DNA of 64,000 nt from the human T2T-CHM13v2.0 reference genome, Homo sapiens (GCF_009914755.1 NC_060927.1), one strand, 5' to 3'; shown: positions 30,411-48,145, counted from the first letter of the stretch. Program-made: numbers and translations. Notes: generated from the letters alone by a model not told the origin.

Positions 30411-31426
30411 ATGGGAAAAAACAGAACAGAAAAAGGGGAAACTCTAAAAAGCAGAGCGCCTCTCCTCCTCCAAAGGAACGCAGTTCCTCACCAGCAACGG
30501 AACAAAGCTGGATGGAGAATGACTTTGACGAGCTGAGAGAAGAAGGCTTCAGACGATCAAATTACTCTGAGCTACGGGAGGACATCCAAACCAAAGGCAA
30601 AGAAGTTGAAAACTTTGAAAAAAATTTAGAAGAATGTATAACTAGAATAACCAATACAGAGAAGTGCTTAAAGGAGCTGATGCAGCTGAAAACCAAGGCT
30701 CAAGAACTACGTGAAGAATGCAGAAGCCTCAGGAGCCGATGCAATCAACTGCAAGAAAGGGTATCAGCAATGGAAGATGAAATGAATCAAATGAAACAAG
30801 AAGGGAAGTTTAGAGAAAAAAGAATAAAAAGAAATGAGCAAAGCCTCCAAGAAATATGGGACTATGTGAAAACACCAAATCTACGTCTGATTGGTGCACC
30901 TGAAAGTGACGGGGAGAATGGAACCAAGTTGGAAAACATTCTGCAAGATATTATCCAGGAGAACTTCCCCAATCTAGAAACACAGGCCGATGTTCAGATT
31001 CAGGAAATACAGAGAACACCACAAAGATACTCCTCGAGAAGAGCAACTCCAAGACATATAATTGTCAGATTCACCAAAGTTGAAATGAAGGAAAAAATGT
31101 TAAGGGCAGCCAGAGAGAAAAGTCAGGTTACCCTCAAAGGGAAGCCCATCAGACTAACAGTGGATCTCTCGGCAGAAACCCTAGAAGCCAGAAGAGAGTG
31201 GGGGCCAATATTCAACATTCTTAAAGACAAGAATTTTCAACCCAGAATTTCATATCCAGCCAAACTAAGCTTCATCAGTGAAGGAGAAATAAAATCCTTT
31301 ACAGACAAGCAAATGCTGAGAGATTTTGTCACCACCAGGCCTGCCCTAAAAGAGCTCCTGAAGGAAGCACTAAACATGGAAAGGAACAACCGATACCAGC
31401 CACTGCAAAATCATGCCAAAATGTAA
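30411..31426 (+). pseudogene. L1 ORF1p with a 1-bp deletion just after the ATG; open from the second Met (304 aa, 30512-31426)
   Basis: 1016 nt versus the expected 1017; rest of the frame has no stops. Confidence 0.92.
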
Positions 31427-31474
31427 AGACCATCAAGACTAGGAAGAAACTGCATCAACTAACGAGCAAAATAA

Positions 31475-35321
<3,847 letters not shown>

Positions 35322-36169
35322 ACAATGAGATCACATGGACACAGGAAGGGGAACATCACACTCTGGGGACTGTTGTGGGGTAGGGGGAGGGGGGAGGGAT
35401 AGCTTTGGGAGATATACCTAATGCTAGATGACGAGTTGGTGGGTGCAGCGCACCAGCATGGCACATATATACATATGTAACTAACCTGCACAATGTGCAC
35501 ATGTACCCTAAAACTTAAGGTATAATAATAAAAGAAAAAGAAAAAGAAAGTTTTCTTCTACAATATCTTTAAATGTGTTTTCTGTACCATTTTTTCTGTC
35601 TCTTTAGGAATATCGAATATGTATATATTGACTTTCCATTTATCATTTTCTCTGTAATTAATTTTCTACTTATTTCCTTTATCATTAATTTTCTCAAGCC
35701 TATACATATTTTTACTCAGTTTTTGGTCAGTTTTGTTCTACTTTATGTGGCATGTATTGTGATTTTCATCTCGTAATTTTTTTTATTTTTCTTTATGTTC
35801 TAGTTTTCTTATTTAGTTGTTTTTCTTTTTATCTCCTGTTGAAATGGCCCATGATCTTTTCTTGTAATCATTGTATCACTTCTCACAATTTACTTTTATA
35901 AATAGATTATATTGTATATAGTTTCTTTGAAATATGGAGACCTATTTCAAATCTTTCTTTATTTTCTGTGAATGAATACTTATGTTGATATACACTCTTC
36001 ATCTTCCTTTTGTGTTCCTTTTCTCATTTGCTTTTGCAAATTTTCATACATAGTTTCTATCTTTCTGCTTATTTTTGAAGAGTCATTACCTGCTTGAGAG
36101 TATCACAGGATTGAATTGTTGGAAGACAGAGGACAAAACTAGAGAGTTCAGAATCCTCACTTAATGTTA

Positions 36170-36541
36170 TGGTTGTATTACTGAGCTGTTGCAGCATTAA
36201 AGCTGCTAAACAAGCTAACCCAAAACTCGATAAGTTCAGTAAGCGTCTTGCCAAACACTTCTTCATTAGTTTGTGGGTTGGCTAGGATAGCTCTGCTTTT
36301 ACTAGACTTGGATTCATGGTTCCCATAAGGCTAATGTCTTCTCCATCTCACTCTGGGGTCAGTTGAAAAGGAAGGAGATACCTGGGGCGTGCTCTTCTCA
36401 TGCCAATCACAGGAACACAAAAGGGCTAGCCAAACTATGCAAGCATATCTCAAGATTGTCTGCATACCTGCTAACATCCCATTGGCCAAAGCAAGTCACA
36501 AAACCAAACCCAAAGTCAAGGAATGGGAAGTAAACTCTGTC
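36170..36541 (-). mobile_element. MLT1-type MaLR LTR (host of the MST insertion)
   Basis: ctgctaacatcccattggccaaagcaagtcaca...ccaaacccaaagtcaagg. Confidence 0.7.
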
Positions 36542-36546
36542 ACCAT

Positions 36547-36961
36547 TGATATGGTTCAGATGTTTTGTCTTCTCCAAATCTCATGTGAAATGTGATCTCC
36601 AATGTTGAAGGTGGGGCTTGTGGGAGGTATTTGGGTCATGGGGGCAGATCCTTCTTGAACAGCTTGGCACCATACCCATGGAAATGAGTGAGTTCTCACT
36701 CTGTGAGTTCATGTGAGATCTGGTTTAAAAGGGCCTGGCACCTCCCTTCCCTCTGTCTTGCTCCCTCTCTTGCCATGTGATATGCCTGCTTCCTCTTCAC
36801 CTTCCACCATGATTGTAAGCTTCCTAAGGACTCACTAGAAGGAGATACCAGCACCATGCTTCCTGTACAGCCTGCAGAACCCTGAGCCAAAATAAACCTC
36901 TTTTCTTTATAAATTACCAGCCACTGATATTTCTTTATAGCAATGCAAACGGACTAACACA
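36547..36961 (+). mobile_element. MST (MSTA/B) MaLR solo LTR
   Basis: TG...CA termini (tgatatggtt ... ggactaacaca), ccaccatgattgtaagcttcc; 5-bp TSD accat at 36542-36546 and 36962-36966. Confidence 0.92.
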
Positions 36962-36968
36962 ACCATTA

Positions 36969-37346
<378 letters not shown>

Positions 37347-38474
37347 TTAACTAACCTGTTGCAAACTCTGTTGAAGAAATGTGTTATTTCTGCTATCTTG
37401 GGGCCATTTCATTTCACTGTTTTGAGCTTCATAGTAAAACCATTAGATGACAATGTCCCTCGGTGCTGACCTGGCAATTACTGTTTTCTTCTCTTATCTT
37501 CTCTTTTTACCCTTCACCATTCACATCTAACATTCTCTCTCTCTCAATAAACTGCATCATGGTAGACGGTAGAAAGAGCCTGGTTTCCACTTCAAATCTA
37601 CTTTCTGCACCTTTTAGTGATGTGAAATGAAGTCTTCCTAGGGACCTTTTCAACCTTTCCTTTGACCTTCAACCTTTCCTTTGGCACCTCCAGCAGTGCC
37701 ATTCTTTCTATCCATCAGGCTTATGGGAATGAATCCTAACTATAGATCTATATTTCCATGACCAGCAGGCTCCCATGTCTCACATTTACCATGTGTACTT
37801 CTTGATTTTTCACTTGGACTGTATCATTTTTCTGGTTTCATTGAATAAAGAGGTTTTTGCTGTATCTTTTCTCTTTTTACAAAAAAAGTTTTGTGGATTT
37901 TGAGGGTTAAAATGTTTTATGTTGCCATTTTAAATGAAAACCACAAGATTATATACTGAATGTACAATCAAATTAGAAACCCCGGGTTTTTCTTTTTTCC
38001 TATGTCATGTCATCCGATACTATAGTTATACAGTTTTACTTCTAGACTTAAGAGCGTAAGTCTAAATTTATCCCTGTTAAATAACGTCTTGTTAAATTCA
38101 GCCCTGTCTGAGATTTTGAAAGATGTTTTCCTGGCATCCAGTATATTTATCCAGCCCTTTCATCTTCACATCATTCATAAATTCAATCAGCTTACTGTTA
38201 ATGTGCTCACCCAATCACTGCTAAAATTGTTGAATGGGGTGGTGCTAAAGGCAGTCATTCCTTCCTCCCTCACAGTCTGTCACTCATTATGGTCCACTTA
38301 ACCTACATTTATCTATCTTGTTTCCAATGGAATTATACACTCATATACAAAAATACACATATTGTGTCCAAGATGGATAAATGTGGTAAATTTTGTCAAA
38401 TGGTTACTGAAATTCAGATGCTTTATGTCTGCAGCATTCTTTGATCATCTAGGGTAGGGAGCTAATAGTTTTAG

Positions 38475-38555
38475 AAGATAATGAAGATGAAGATAAGGAA
38501 GAAGAAGAGGAAGAGAAGAAGAAGGACAAGGGGAGCAGGAAGAAGAAAGGAGGAT
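38475..38555 (+). repeat. Purine-rich (GAA-like) low-complexity tract
   Basis: gaagatgaagataaggaagaagaagaggaagagaagaagaagg. Confidence 0.75.
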
Positions 38556-38694
38556 AACATAGAAATTTGAATAAAGACTAAATAAGAAAAATAGAGAATG
38601 GAGAAACTGATAAAATAATACAGCCATAGAACTAAAGAGAACTGCAAAATATGTGTTAATCCCATTTCCTACAATCAGAAAAGTAAATATCTAA

Positions 38695-38925
38695 ACCAGA
38701 GTTACCAAAACTATGTTCTATAGATCAGAATGTTTAGAAGTGTCACACTATAGAATAGGTGCTTTAACTGCAGGACTTCTCAGAGCCTTTAACATGCTAA
38801 TGTATATTGTTAATTCCCAAAATGGATATGGTATTCTGAATTGAACAGATGTATTTGATAAGTAACCCTTTTTACACAACCATCTCTCAGGATCAGGGTT
38901 AAGGGCACTTCTGTGAAATGCTGGC
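38695..38925. mobile_element. hAT-Charlie-type MER relic
   Basis: ggacttctcagagcctttaacatgctaatg motif; subfamily uncertain. Confidence 0.5.
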
Positions 38926-39089
38926 ATAAGCCATCCATTTTATTGTTTGACCCACTATAGAGCACATGGAAATGATTGCCGAATTTAACTTGACTTTACA
39001 AACAGGAATTGCTTTCGTTTGACTTTTGTCGTTGGAAAAGAGGAAGGTAAAGTGCTCCTTTGTAATATTTAGCTCCAGAGACCAGAGTC

Positions 39090-39360
39090 AAAATGAAATT
39101 CAAATAAGAAACCAGACCTGAGTTAGAGAAAGTCAGTAGGGGAAAGAGGAAAAAGAATTAAAGGCATGTCAATGCTCTGCTACTTACTGACCATAGAACA
39201 TTGTTCAAAGAATCTACCTCTTTGTGTTTCAATTTTCTCTCCTGTAAAATGGGGATAATACTTATCCTTTCTAGAACACAGGGATGTTGTAGGTATCGAA
39301 TGAGATAATGTCTATAAAAATATCTTGTAAATGTAAAGCACTTTACAGTTATAAATATGG
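39090..39360 (+). mobile_element. MIR SINE
   Basis: ttttctctcctgtaaaatggggataata...gaatgagataatg. Confidence 0.7.
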
Positions 39361-40369
39361 ATTAGTCATGAATGCTAACAACTATAAGAAAATCTCAGTG
39401 GCCCAATTTATCAAACATCTACTTCATGCTTAAGTCACAGTGCATTGCAGCAGGTCACTGAGGTGTGTGGTTGTATTGGTGTGCTGCACTTAGTCATTCA
39501 GTGTGCTTCTTCCATCCAGTGTGCTACTGTCTCCATCTGGTGACCTTCAATAGACTGTGAAACTGGAGAAGAGAATGGAGGAGTGCACAGACATTTTTTC
39601 ATGAATCATCTCATTAGCCAGAACCCAATACCTGGGCCCAAAATACCCACTGGGGCTAGCAAAGTAGGCAAGTTCCCAGGAAGAGAAGAGAAGCACATAT
39701 ATTGGCATTCTCTGACACAAGATATTGTTGGCAGTTGACTAAAAGTAGAAAGAAGGTTCTGCAGTATGCCTTGAACCCTGGCAGCCCAAGGACTATTCTC
39801 TCTGAACCCATCTATGTCTATGATTCAACTTAACTAAGACCAACTCAGAAGGAGGATTTTACATTTCAAATTGACAAAGTGTAATTTAAATCTATTCCCT
39901 CTAAATAAAAAGAATAAAAAGAATTTAAATACTGGAAACTAGGCAAATGAAATGATCCTCATTAGAACTTTCTAATAATTAAGTAAAAGCTAATGCTCTC
40001 AGGAAAAAATCCCCCACCTTCCTCACAGCATGAGGTGAAGCATCCCTTAAGGTACTATTCCGTTTATAGAGAAGCTAAATAAGAAGCCTATTAACTGTTT
40101 TAGTAATATTTTATCTTGTTATAGCATTAATAAATGTTCATTGTAGAAATGTTTAATATAGGTAAGCAGCCATTACTCAACATTTTCCCTTAACTATTTC
40201 ATATTACATGAAAGTTAAATCAAGACTGCTTCTCCATTAAGAAAAACATGAATACAAGGCACCTTTTCCTATCATTTACCTCTGCATAGCTTAAATGTTT
40301 TCTCACTCTCTGGCAATTGTGAAGAAAGCCTATACTCTACACGGCTCACTTCTACAGCAGTAATTCCAC

Positions 40370-40960
40370 CTGGTCTATTGGTAATATGTCACTGCATAAA
40401 AAACCATCTTAAAGATGAGTATCTTCAAGCAACAACAACAATTTCTTATTACTCACAATTGTGTGGATTGGGCAATTCTTCTGTTCCAGGTGATGTGGGC
40501 TGTGGCTACAGTTTTACAGATTCAGGTGATTTGGATGGAGCATCCAGGTCCAAATAGGTCCAAATAGGTGCCAGCTGAACTCATCCAGGTCCAAATAGGT
40601 GCCAGCTGAACTCACATGCTGGCACCTATTGTTGGACATCAGCTAGAAGCTCAGTTTGGGCTGTTAATGGAGCCTCTTGATTTTCTTCCACAGAGGCCTC
40701 TCCACATGGTTTGAGCCTCTCACAGCTCAGAGGCTGAGCTCCAAGAGGGCGCGCTTTAAAGAGGTGCAGGTGTGAGCTGTAGATTTCTTAAGACCCACAC
40801 TCAGAAGTTAGTATCACTTTTGCCACATTCTTCTGATCAAAATAGATCATGGGTCAGCCTAGACTCAAGGGAAGGAAAAATAGACAATGGACAATGTCAC
40901 ATCACCAAAGAACACAGATGGGAAGATATTGCTGTAGTCATCTTTGTAAATGCACTTCAC
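40370..40960 (-). mobile_element. MLT1 (F/G-like) MaLR LTR
   Basis: gggcaattcttctgttcc, ggcctctccacatgg, atcacttttgccacattc, gaagatattgctgtagtcatcttt. Confidence 0.75.
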
Positions 40961-41454
40961 CATCTCTGCTTAGCAGGTGTATCCTATAGCCAGTGCTTTT
41001 AAGGACTCCCTCCCCACTTAGGCCTATGGCTATAAGCAGCTATCAAAAATTACAGCTACCATAGCTTGTGCCAGAGACTTTCTGCAAGCCCTACATCCTA
41101 CCTCCTATTTCAAGTCATCTCTCTCTTCAGCAAGACTTTCCAGGCTCATACCTAGATACTTTTTCTCTTCCAAGTCCCTGTAATTAATTACTCATTACAG
41201 GAGCAGAGGCCACTCTAGCATATCTCCTCAAGAGGAGCTTGGAGACTGTAAACAGAGTTGCAAGGGAAAGCCAAAGGTGTGTTGTTTGTACATGGGCTGT
41301 AAGCTTCTCTGGGTAATGGTAGGAATGATACAGGTCATGAAGGAGTTAAAGTCACCCATGGTGCTGCCACTGTAGAACAATGTGTCAGGAAAAATTGGAG
41401 GTGGAGGGAGGAAGCTTTTTCTCAAGATACTGTATCTCCAAAATGTGCAGACCT

Positions 41455-41640
41455 ATACATATTCATATATATATACTCACAGAACCACACATTCACACTC
41501 ATATGCACGTAACACTCACACTAACATAAATAAACATTCACACATTCACATAAACACACTCATTCACACACATTCACATAAACACACACTCATTCACACA
41601 CAAACACAGACCCACACATCCACACACTCACACTAACTCA
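41455..41640 (+). repeat. Degenerate (CA)-rich low-complexity repeat
   Basis: cacattcacac-type units. Confidence 0.8.
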
Positions 41641-42724
41641 TACCAGAAGCCCAATCTCCTAGTCCCTCTGCAAATCTAGAAGGGAGAAAGGAGGTCAGTG
41701 ATTTTGCTTGCACCCATTCTCCAAAAGTGGTATCTTTTCAACAATTTTCAGGCAATATGTGGCCATGGTGCTTACTGACTGTGATCCCGAGATGAAACAG
41801 TATGAAAGAAACACGGTGAAGAGAATGTAGTCAGAGAAGGGCACTTTCTTTGTGCTTACTTCCACACCACCAAATAGGCACCCCCACCACATCACCCCAG
41901 TCCCACCTTCCTGCCGTCAGAATCTGGCTATGCTGCTGCTCAAAGCCCCACTTGTCTGGGGATGGGTAGAGGCAGACCAGGGTTCCTGGAGACCATAAAC
42001 GGTGGCAGCTTTCCCCATAGAGACGTTGATCAATGATTACATCAAGCCCCACATGAGCTCCTGGGGACTGGATTCCAAGAAAAGATGCTGTAGCAGAGGG
42101 TTTTCCATTGTGTAGATGTCTATTGTGGGCTTCAGAAAATGGAAGGAAGCCAATTCTGGGAAGTGTTTGCAGAGGTGAGAGGAAGAGGAGGTCAAGGTTA
42201 CACCAGGGCAACAGGATGGAAAGGGAATGGGAACTGATACCTTTTCTAAAAATTCGCCAGCCCCTACCATTTTTAATATTTCTTTAGTATTGTGAAAAAT
42301 AAAAGGGTCAAAGGGAGATAAAGGTGAGCTTTTATCCAATTGAGGATACATACTGTTTTTGTGCCTTTGCACATTCATTTCATTTTAGTGTCAAAGAGAA
42401 ACCAGCAAGTCGAAATCCCATGAACACAGTTCATTTGTTTTATTGGGAAGGTTGAAGCAAAATCATTTGAAAAGACTACTACTTTATATCATGATGCATA
42501 CGTCAACCTTTCAACTTCAAAAGTAGCCTCCAAAAAAAAATCAAAGTTGATTTTTTTTTCTTTTTTGGCTAAGTGTACAATGACAAATGTACCAATTTTA
42601 GGCTCCAAAAGAAAACCTCAACCTCACACTGACATCTCATCATTGAAAGCTGGTAAATCAGAGACAAGGAAACTATGGGCAAAGAAAAGAAAGACAAGGA
42701 AACTGCACTGTCAAAAGTCTGTTC

Positions 42725-43720
42725 AACCCAACAAATATTTACTGAGTGTCTGTTATGCATCAGGCACTATGCTGGATGCTGCAGATAATAAGGTGAATAG
42801 AAAAAGATCCCTGTCGTGACATGGTTTACAGCCTGGTAAGGCTGGCAGACAGGGAAAGATGATATTATTTTTAAATTGTCCAGGCATGCACAAGGTGCTA
42901 TGAAACCTAGAGAAGGAACACTGAGCCCCACCCAGAGGAGATGGCATGACAGCTGAGAGCTGCAGAATAAATAAAAAATACTCAGGCAAATAAAGCAGCT
43001 GACAAGGGGACAATCCAGTGTCAGAATAGGCCAAGAGGCATGAAATAAGCAAAGTATGCACAGAACACAAACTCTAAATGATTCAAACACTCCAGGACAT
43101 TAAGTGTTAGTCAAGGAGCAGCAGGAGATGAAACTGGGGAGGTAGACAGGGCAGGAAAGACCTTGTATGCTTGTAAGGAGCTTACACTTACCCGGAGGTG
43201 ACAGAGAGAGGGGACTCATGAGGCAAGATTTGCATTTTAAATAGGGTCCCTTGGTAGCAGCACAGAGGACAGAGAGGAGGAGGGTAAGACCTGAGGCAGG
43301 GGACCAGGTGGTAGGCTAGTGTGATGGTACCAGCAAGAGATGACAAGGCCCAAGCAAGGGCATGTTTGCAGGGGTAGAGAAGAGGAAATGGATTCACAAA
43401 ATATTTAGGGTGAAAAATTGGCAGGATGTTTTTAATTAGGTGTGGGATGGGAAAAGAAAGAAAATAGTATCTCAGGAGGTTGTTGGAATTAATTTAGACA
43501 GGGCCATAGAAGGAGGAGCAAGACTTGGGGAAATTTGAAGAAGTTGGTTTGGGAAATATTGATGATAAGAAATCTGGGAGTTGCCAAGCAGACAAGCCCA
43601 AAGCTCAAAGCTCAAAGCTGTGGAGTGAGGTCAGGAGGAAATAAAGGGTCTTAGGAATTAGAATTCAGGATGAACAAAAATCTCCCATGGTATAGGGTGA
43701 GAAAATCAGTGGGTGAGGCA
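42725..43720 (-). mobile_element. LINE-2 fragment
   Basis: caacaaatatttactgagtgtctgttatgcatcaggcactatgctgg reverse tail plus upstream L2 motifs. Confidence 0.75.
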
Positions 43721-44879
43721 GAAAACAATATTTAAACCAGGAGCTTTGTTCAAGTAACACGGGTTACAATTGTGTGGTTGTTTTAGGATGTTGTCTGTAT
43801 TTAAAAGCCTGGTACTGAACAGCTTGTGCTATTTATCGGGTAAAAGGAGAAAATTACATTCTAACCAGAGAGATTTTGGTGTCTCAGGTCACGTGGCAAA
43901 TTCAATCTTACCACACCTTTTCCTCCCAGTTGCCCTTCTCCTAATCTCTGATCACCCTACAGATGATACAACAATGGCAGCTGAATTTTTTCATTCTTTA
44001 TGAAGCAATTACCATTGCCAGGCACTGGGGTGGTCTCTAAAGTTATCATATGAACAAAGGAAGATCCCTGTCTAGGAGAACGCTATGGTGTGGCCAAGCT
44101 TTCTCTGGCTGACTGTTGCTGTTCTGTCCCCTTGCTTACATATTCCCTACAGCCGGGCTAGACCTAAGTCCTTTATTTTCTTAACCCCTACAAACAAGTC
44201 ATAATTTTGCCCAGCCTGCAGAATCAAGATGCCCTCTCATTTGGCTTCTTTATCCCAAATGTCTTGTGCTTTATATCTGTGGCCTGGAAGTTTCTATAGG
44301 ATGTACAGAAGGGCCCTTTGAGAAGACTGTGGGGAGGTGAGACAGTGAGCTACAAGGCATTTTCTACTTAATGGCAGACCAAAGAGATATTCTTAGCCTT
44401 CTCTTTAGCCTCTCTGTCTCCCTGACTCAAAGCTGAGTTTTTATGGCTTCTTCTTCTCCTTTCTGCTCCCTCACCCTGCAAGTTACCCCTACCACCCCTT
44501 AAATGCAAAGGAGCTATAAGATGTCTATTTACATCCTATCTTGGACATCATTAGAGAGCATGGTAGCCCCCAAACTAGAAAGCTCTGTTCACCTTTATTC
44601 AGTCATTCAGCTAACACATATTGAAAGTCCACTAGGCACCAGCATCTAGTTATAGTGCAGGGGATATGGCAGTGAACAAGGCAAATGGAAATTCCTGCCT
44701 TCATGGAGTTTATATTGTGGCAAACTCTAGGGCCAGCGTAGTAGAGTGGCACTAATATAGGCACATACACTGGGACCCGATAGGACTCCAAGATCCACCT
44801 GCAACATTCACTTACTATCTACTCTGAGTGTGGTGACCTGCTGGCCATCATCCTGGCCCTCCCCGTTCTTTCGAACACA

Positions 44880-45025
44880 AAACCTGACCTACAACCAGAG
44901 ATAAGATCAGCCAAATGACCCACTGACCCATGAACAAAAAAGAAAAATATTTGTTGTTTAAACCACTGCGATTTCACGGTTGTTTTTAATACAGCATCAC
45001 TGTAGCACGAGAAAACTGATAAACA
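44880..45025 (+). mobile_element. MLT1 LTR 3' fragment
   Basis: ttgttgtttaaaccactg...ggttgtt...aactgata. Confidence 0.6.
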
Positions 45026-45964
45026 GTGTGAAAACACTTCATCACCAAAGGATTCTGGGGAGTATCCCATGAATATCAGTTTCCAGCATACGTTCAAAGA
45101 CAAAAGGCATCCACATTCTTGTTGACTTGTGTGAGGCCCCCATGAGGGACATGCCAGAGCCTAGGGTCCTCCAGCTCTCTCACCCCATCACAGCTTTCAT
45201 TCAGGTTTAATGAACTGCTCTTCTATTTGTCTAATGTCACTGTTTTCTCCAACTCGGCTGTACAGTACCAGGACTGTCTAGAAAAACCCATTACCTCTAT
45301 TATTCTGCCAATAGCAAATCAGTAGAATTGCTTGTTCCTTAATTGATAGAATATACTCTCCTCCTCCTGATAGATTACCCTGGTCTAACAGCTCCAAGAC
45401 CGATTCCCCAGTGTCTGACTACCATCCAATCCAGAGCTATTGGTTTATACTTTCAGTAATAAATCCTAACCTATCAATATATAATAGCTCTTCATAATCA
45501 ACATCCACAGATTCTGTCTGGGCTCAGAAGCAACCACCAGCCATTTTTCACATGCCTATAATTAGCAGTGGCCAGATGATGTTTGTATATCTTAGCACAA
45601 TACTCCTTCCCCATCCAGTAATGATAACACATTTTATATAAATTCAAGCTGATTTAATTCTCTTGTCAGAGTATGGGGATATAAATATATTTAGGCATGT
45701 GTAATAGTCTGTAAATCAAAATAGTTCAGCTGACCTGAGTACTGTGGTAAGAGAATCCTGTTCTACCTCTCCAGGAGGCTGACTATGGGCTGGTGCAAAA
45801 GAACTGTCTCAAACAGATCAGCAAAGAGAGTTAGCTAGAAGAGGTAATGCACATAATTTATTAGAAGTTCGTCGATCTAAGTACATTTCGCAAGGTTATG
45901 ATGATCTCATCTTGATCTAAGAGCAACCAGTCTTAGGCCAAAATGTACAGTCTCAATGTTATCA

Positions 45965-46225
45965 TTAGTTAGGAAGAATAAGTTCTGGTGTTCTATTGCA
46001 CCAGGGTGACTATAGTTAACAATAACAGACTGCATATTTCAAATAGCTGGAAGAGAGGATTTTAAGTTCTCAACACAAAGAAATGATAAATAGTTAAGGT
46101 GGTGGGTGTGCTAGTTACCCTGATTTGATCATTACATGATATATGCATGTATGGAAATACTACGTTTTACCCCATAAATACATAAACTATTTGTCAATCA
46201 AAGATAAAATAAAACTTTTAAAAAG
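45965..46225 (+). mobile_element. Old L1 (L1MA-type) 3' end
   Basis: aataagttctggtgttctattgc, agggtgactatagttaacaataa, caacacaaagaaatgataaat, taccctgatttgatcattaca. Confidence 0.8.
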
Positions 46226-47664
46226 GTACAGACTACTGGTGTTTAACACCAAAGGGTACTCATGTACAGATAAACTTTGGAAGAGAGAATTTACATTAAG
46301 GGTGAATGGTGGGGAGGAGGAATGAGCACAACCAAGTTCACATTGCTTAAATGCCTCTAGCAGGCAAGTTCACCAGCCATGAGGAAAAGAGGACAAGAAT
46401 GTCCCCTTGCTTCTTATAAATTAAACATCACAAAAGAAAGCCGGTGAGAAGAAGGGAAGAAAAAGTGCCCTAAACAAGGTAATAAAACTATAAACTTAAT
46501 GAGGGCCAGTTTACAGCTTTGCAGTCTCTCTACTTTATAACATGCCCTTATGAGCCAGCCTGTCAGGATAATGTAATTGAGAACTTGCTATAAAACATAT
46601 GTTTAATGGAGCCAGGGGCCAAAGAAAACACTGTGTCATTATAATAAGCAGGCTGGTAAGTAAAATGATATCTTTTAAAGGTTAAAATAGAGTTGCTTTC
46701 AGAACTGGGCCAGTCTTCTTCTTCAAATATTGCTTCACTAATGATTTCTTCACTTCACTTACAAAATGCATCTCTGAGGAGATTTGTTACAAATGTGATC
46801 CCTGCCTGGGAAGTAAACTGCTCACCATACAGAAGGCTCTGGCATTTATTCTCCAGTTTTATATAACTTGGAGAATGATGTTAAAATTGGCAAATGCATC
46901 TGAGGCACACCAGGCAACAGGATTTTTTTTTTAATCCACTCATTGTCCGATGCAGTTCAACTTGAAAGAGATACAACAGAGAAAAGATTGATCCTTTGTG
47001 GCCTATTCTCTTTCCAGAAGGTAAAAGCAATTCTCATCAACAGAGCCCAGTGCTCCGTGGGGTCATCTCCATTCTGCTCTGGGGAATTCGTTGCTCATAA
47101 GGGCATGAATATTTTTTAAAAATAAGAAAGAAAAGGAGAAAAATGAAAACTGATTCTGGGATCTGGAAGGCCCCACCTGTTCAAGGCCCGTCCCTGGTCT
47201 AAACCTAATACTTGCTGACTGACCTCTAAGATCCTTCTTTGGGGGAACTAATAGATGAGCTTCCTCAATAATAACCTTTGAGACTGGTGCTTCTTAGGCT
47301 TTGAGGTTGGCATTTTAAACAATGCTCAAATCCACCCATTCTGCCCAATTCTACTTGCTCTTGTTTGTTGTCGTATGTGGAGGTGGGGGTCTGGTAAACT
47401 GCACAACTGGTTAAAGGAGCAGCCCAACCCCTCCTGAGAAGACTCTGGGAGGCAAAATGGCTCCCCTTAGAGCAGCTGGTGCTCTCTGCGTGATGCTGGG
47501 TGTCTCACATCACCTCTCTGGACCTCAGTTAAAGCACCTGTGAGAAACGGGGCTTGTAAAAATGGTACCACAGGAGGGGGTTGACCCTCCAGATCTCTGA
47601 GTCACTTCCAGTTTTAATAAACTATGGCTAAATAGAATGACAAGATTATATGCCAACTAAACCA

Positions 47665-48145
47665 CTAAATGGCAGTATCTGCCCTCTCTTTTCTTTCATA
47701 CTAGTAAAAACTCCTGAGTTTTGGCTGAACACATAGCTGACCAGAACAAAGACTACATTTCCCAGTCTTTCTTGCAGTTAAGTGAGGACATGTGACCAAG
47801 TGCTGACCAATGAGATAGATGCAGATGTATCATATGTCAAATTCCCCAGGAACCTTCCTTAAAAGGCAATTCACACATAATCTTTCCCACTTGATCTATC
47901 ATGCTGCCTGAAAGATAGATGCAATAGCTAGAGCTCTTGCTACTGTTTTGGACCATAAGGATGAGAGCTACACCTAGGGATAGTGGACCAAGGAGCTGAA
48001 AGAATTCCTGTACCCTGAGTTCTTCATCTAGCTGAACCTCTGTATCAGTCCTGGATTGCCCACCTACACTACTTTGAATAAGATAGTTTAGAAGTGAACT
48101 ATCTTATTTAAGTCATGTTATTTGGCCCTCTGTTACTTGGAGATT
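47665..48145 (+). mobile_element. MLT1G/H-like MaLR LTR
   Basis: aaagactacatttcccagtc, catgtgaccaagtgctgaccaatgag. Confidence 0.75.

Noticed and set aside
37643-37683. ~19-bp tandem duplication (similar small ones near 6940, 27577 and 43598)
   Set aside because: Ordinary slippage duplications with no further structure.
41382-41636. His/Thr-rich 84-aa ORF
   Set aside because: Translation of a degenerate (CA)n tract.
45775-45843. Possible 69-bp exon (ctctccag| ... |gtaatg)
   Set aside because: Stop codons occur in all three frames and no partner exons were identified; at most a lncRNA exon, which the sequence alone cannot support.
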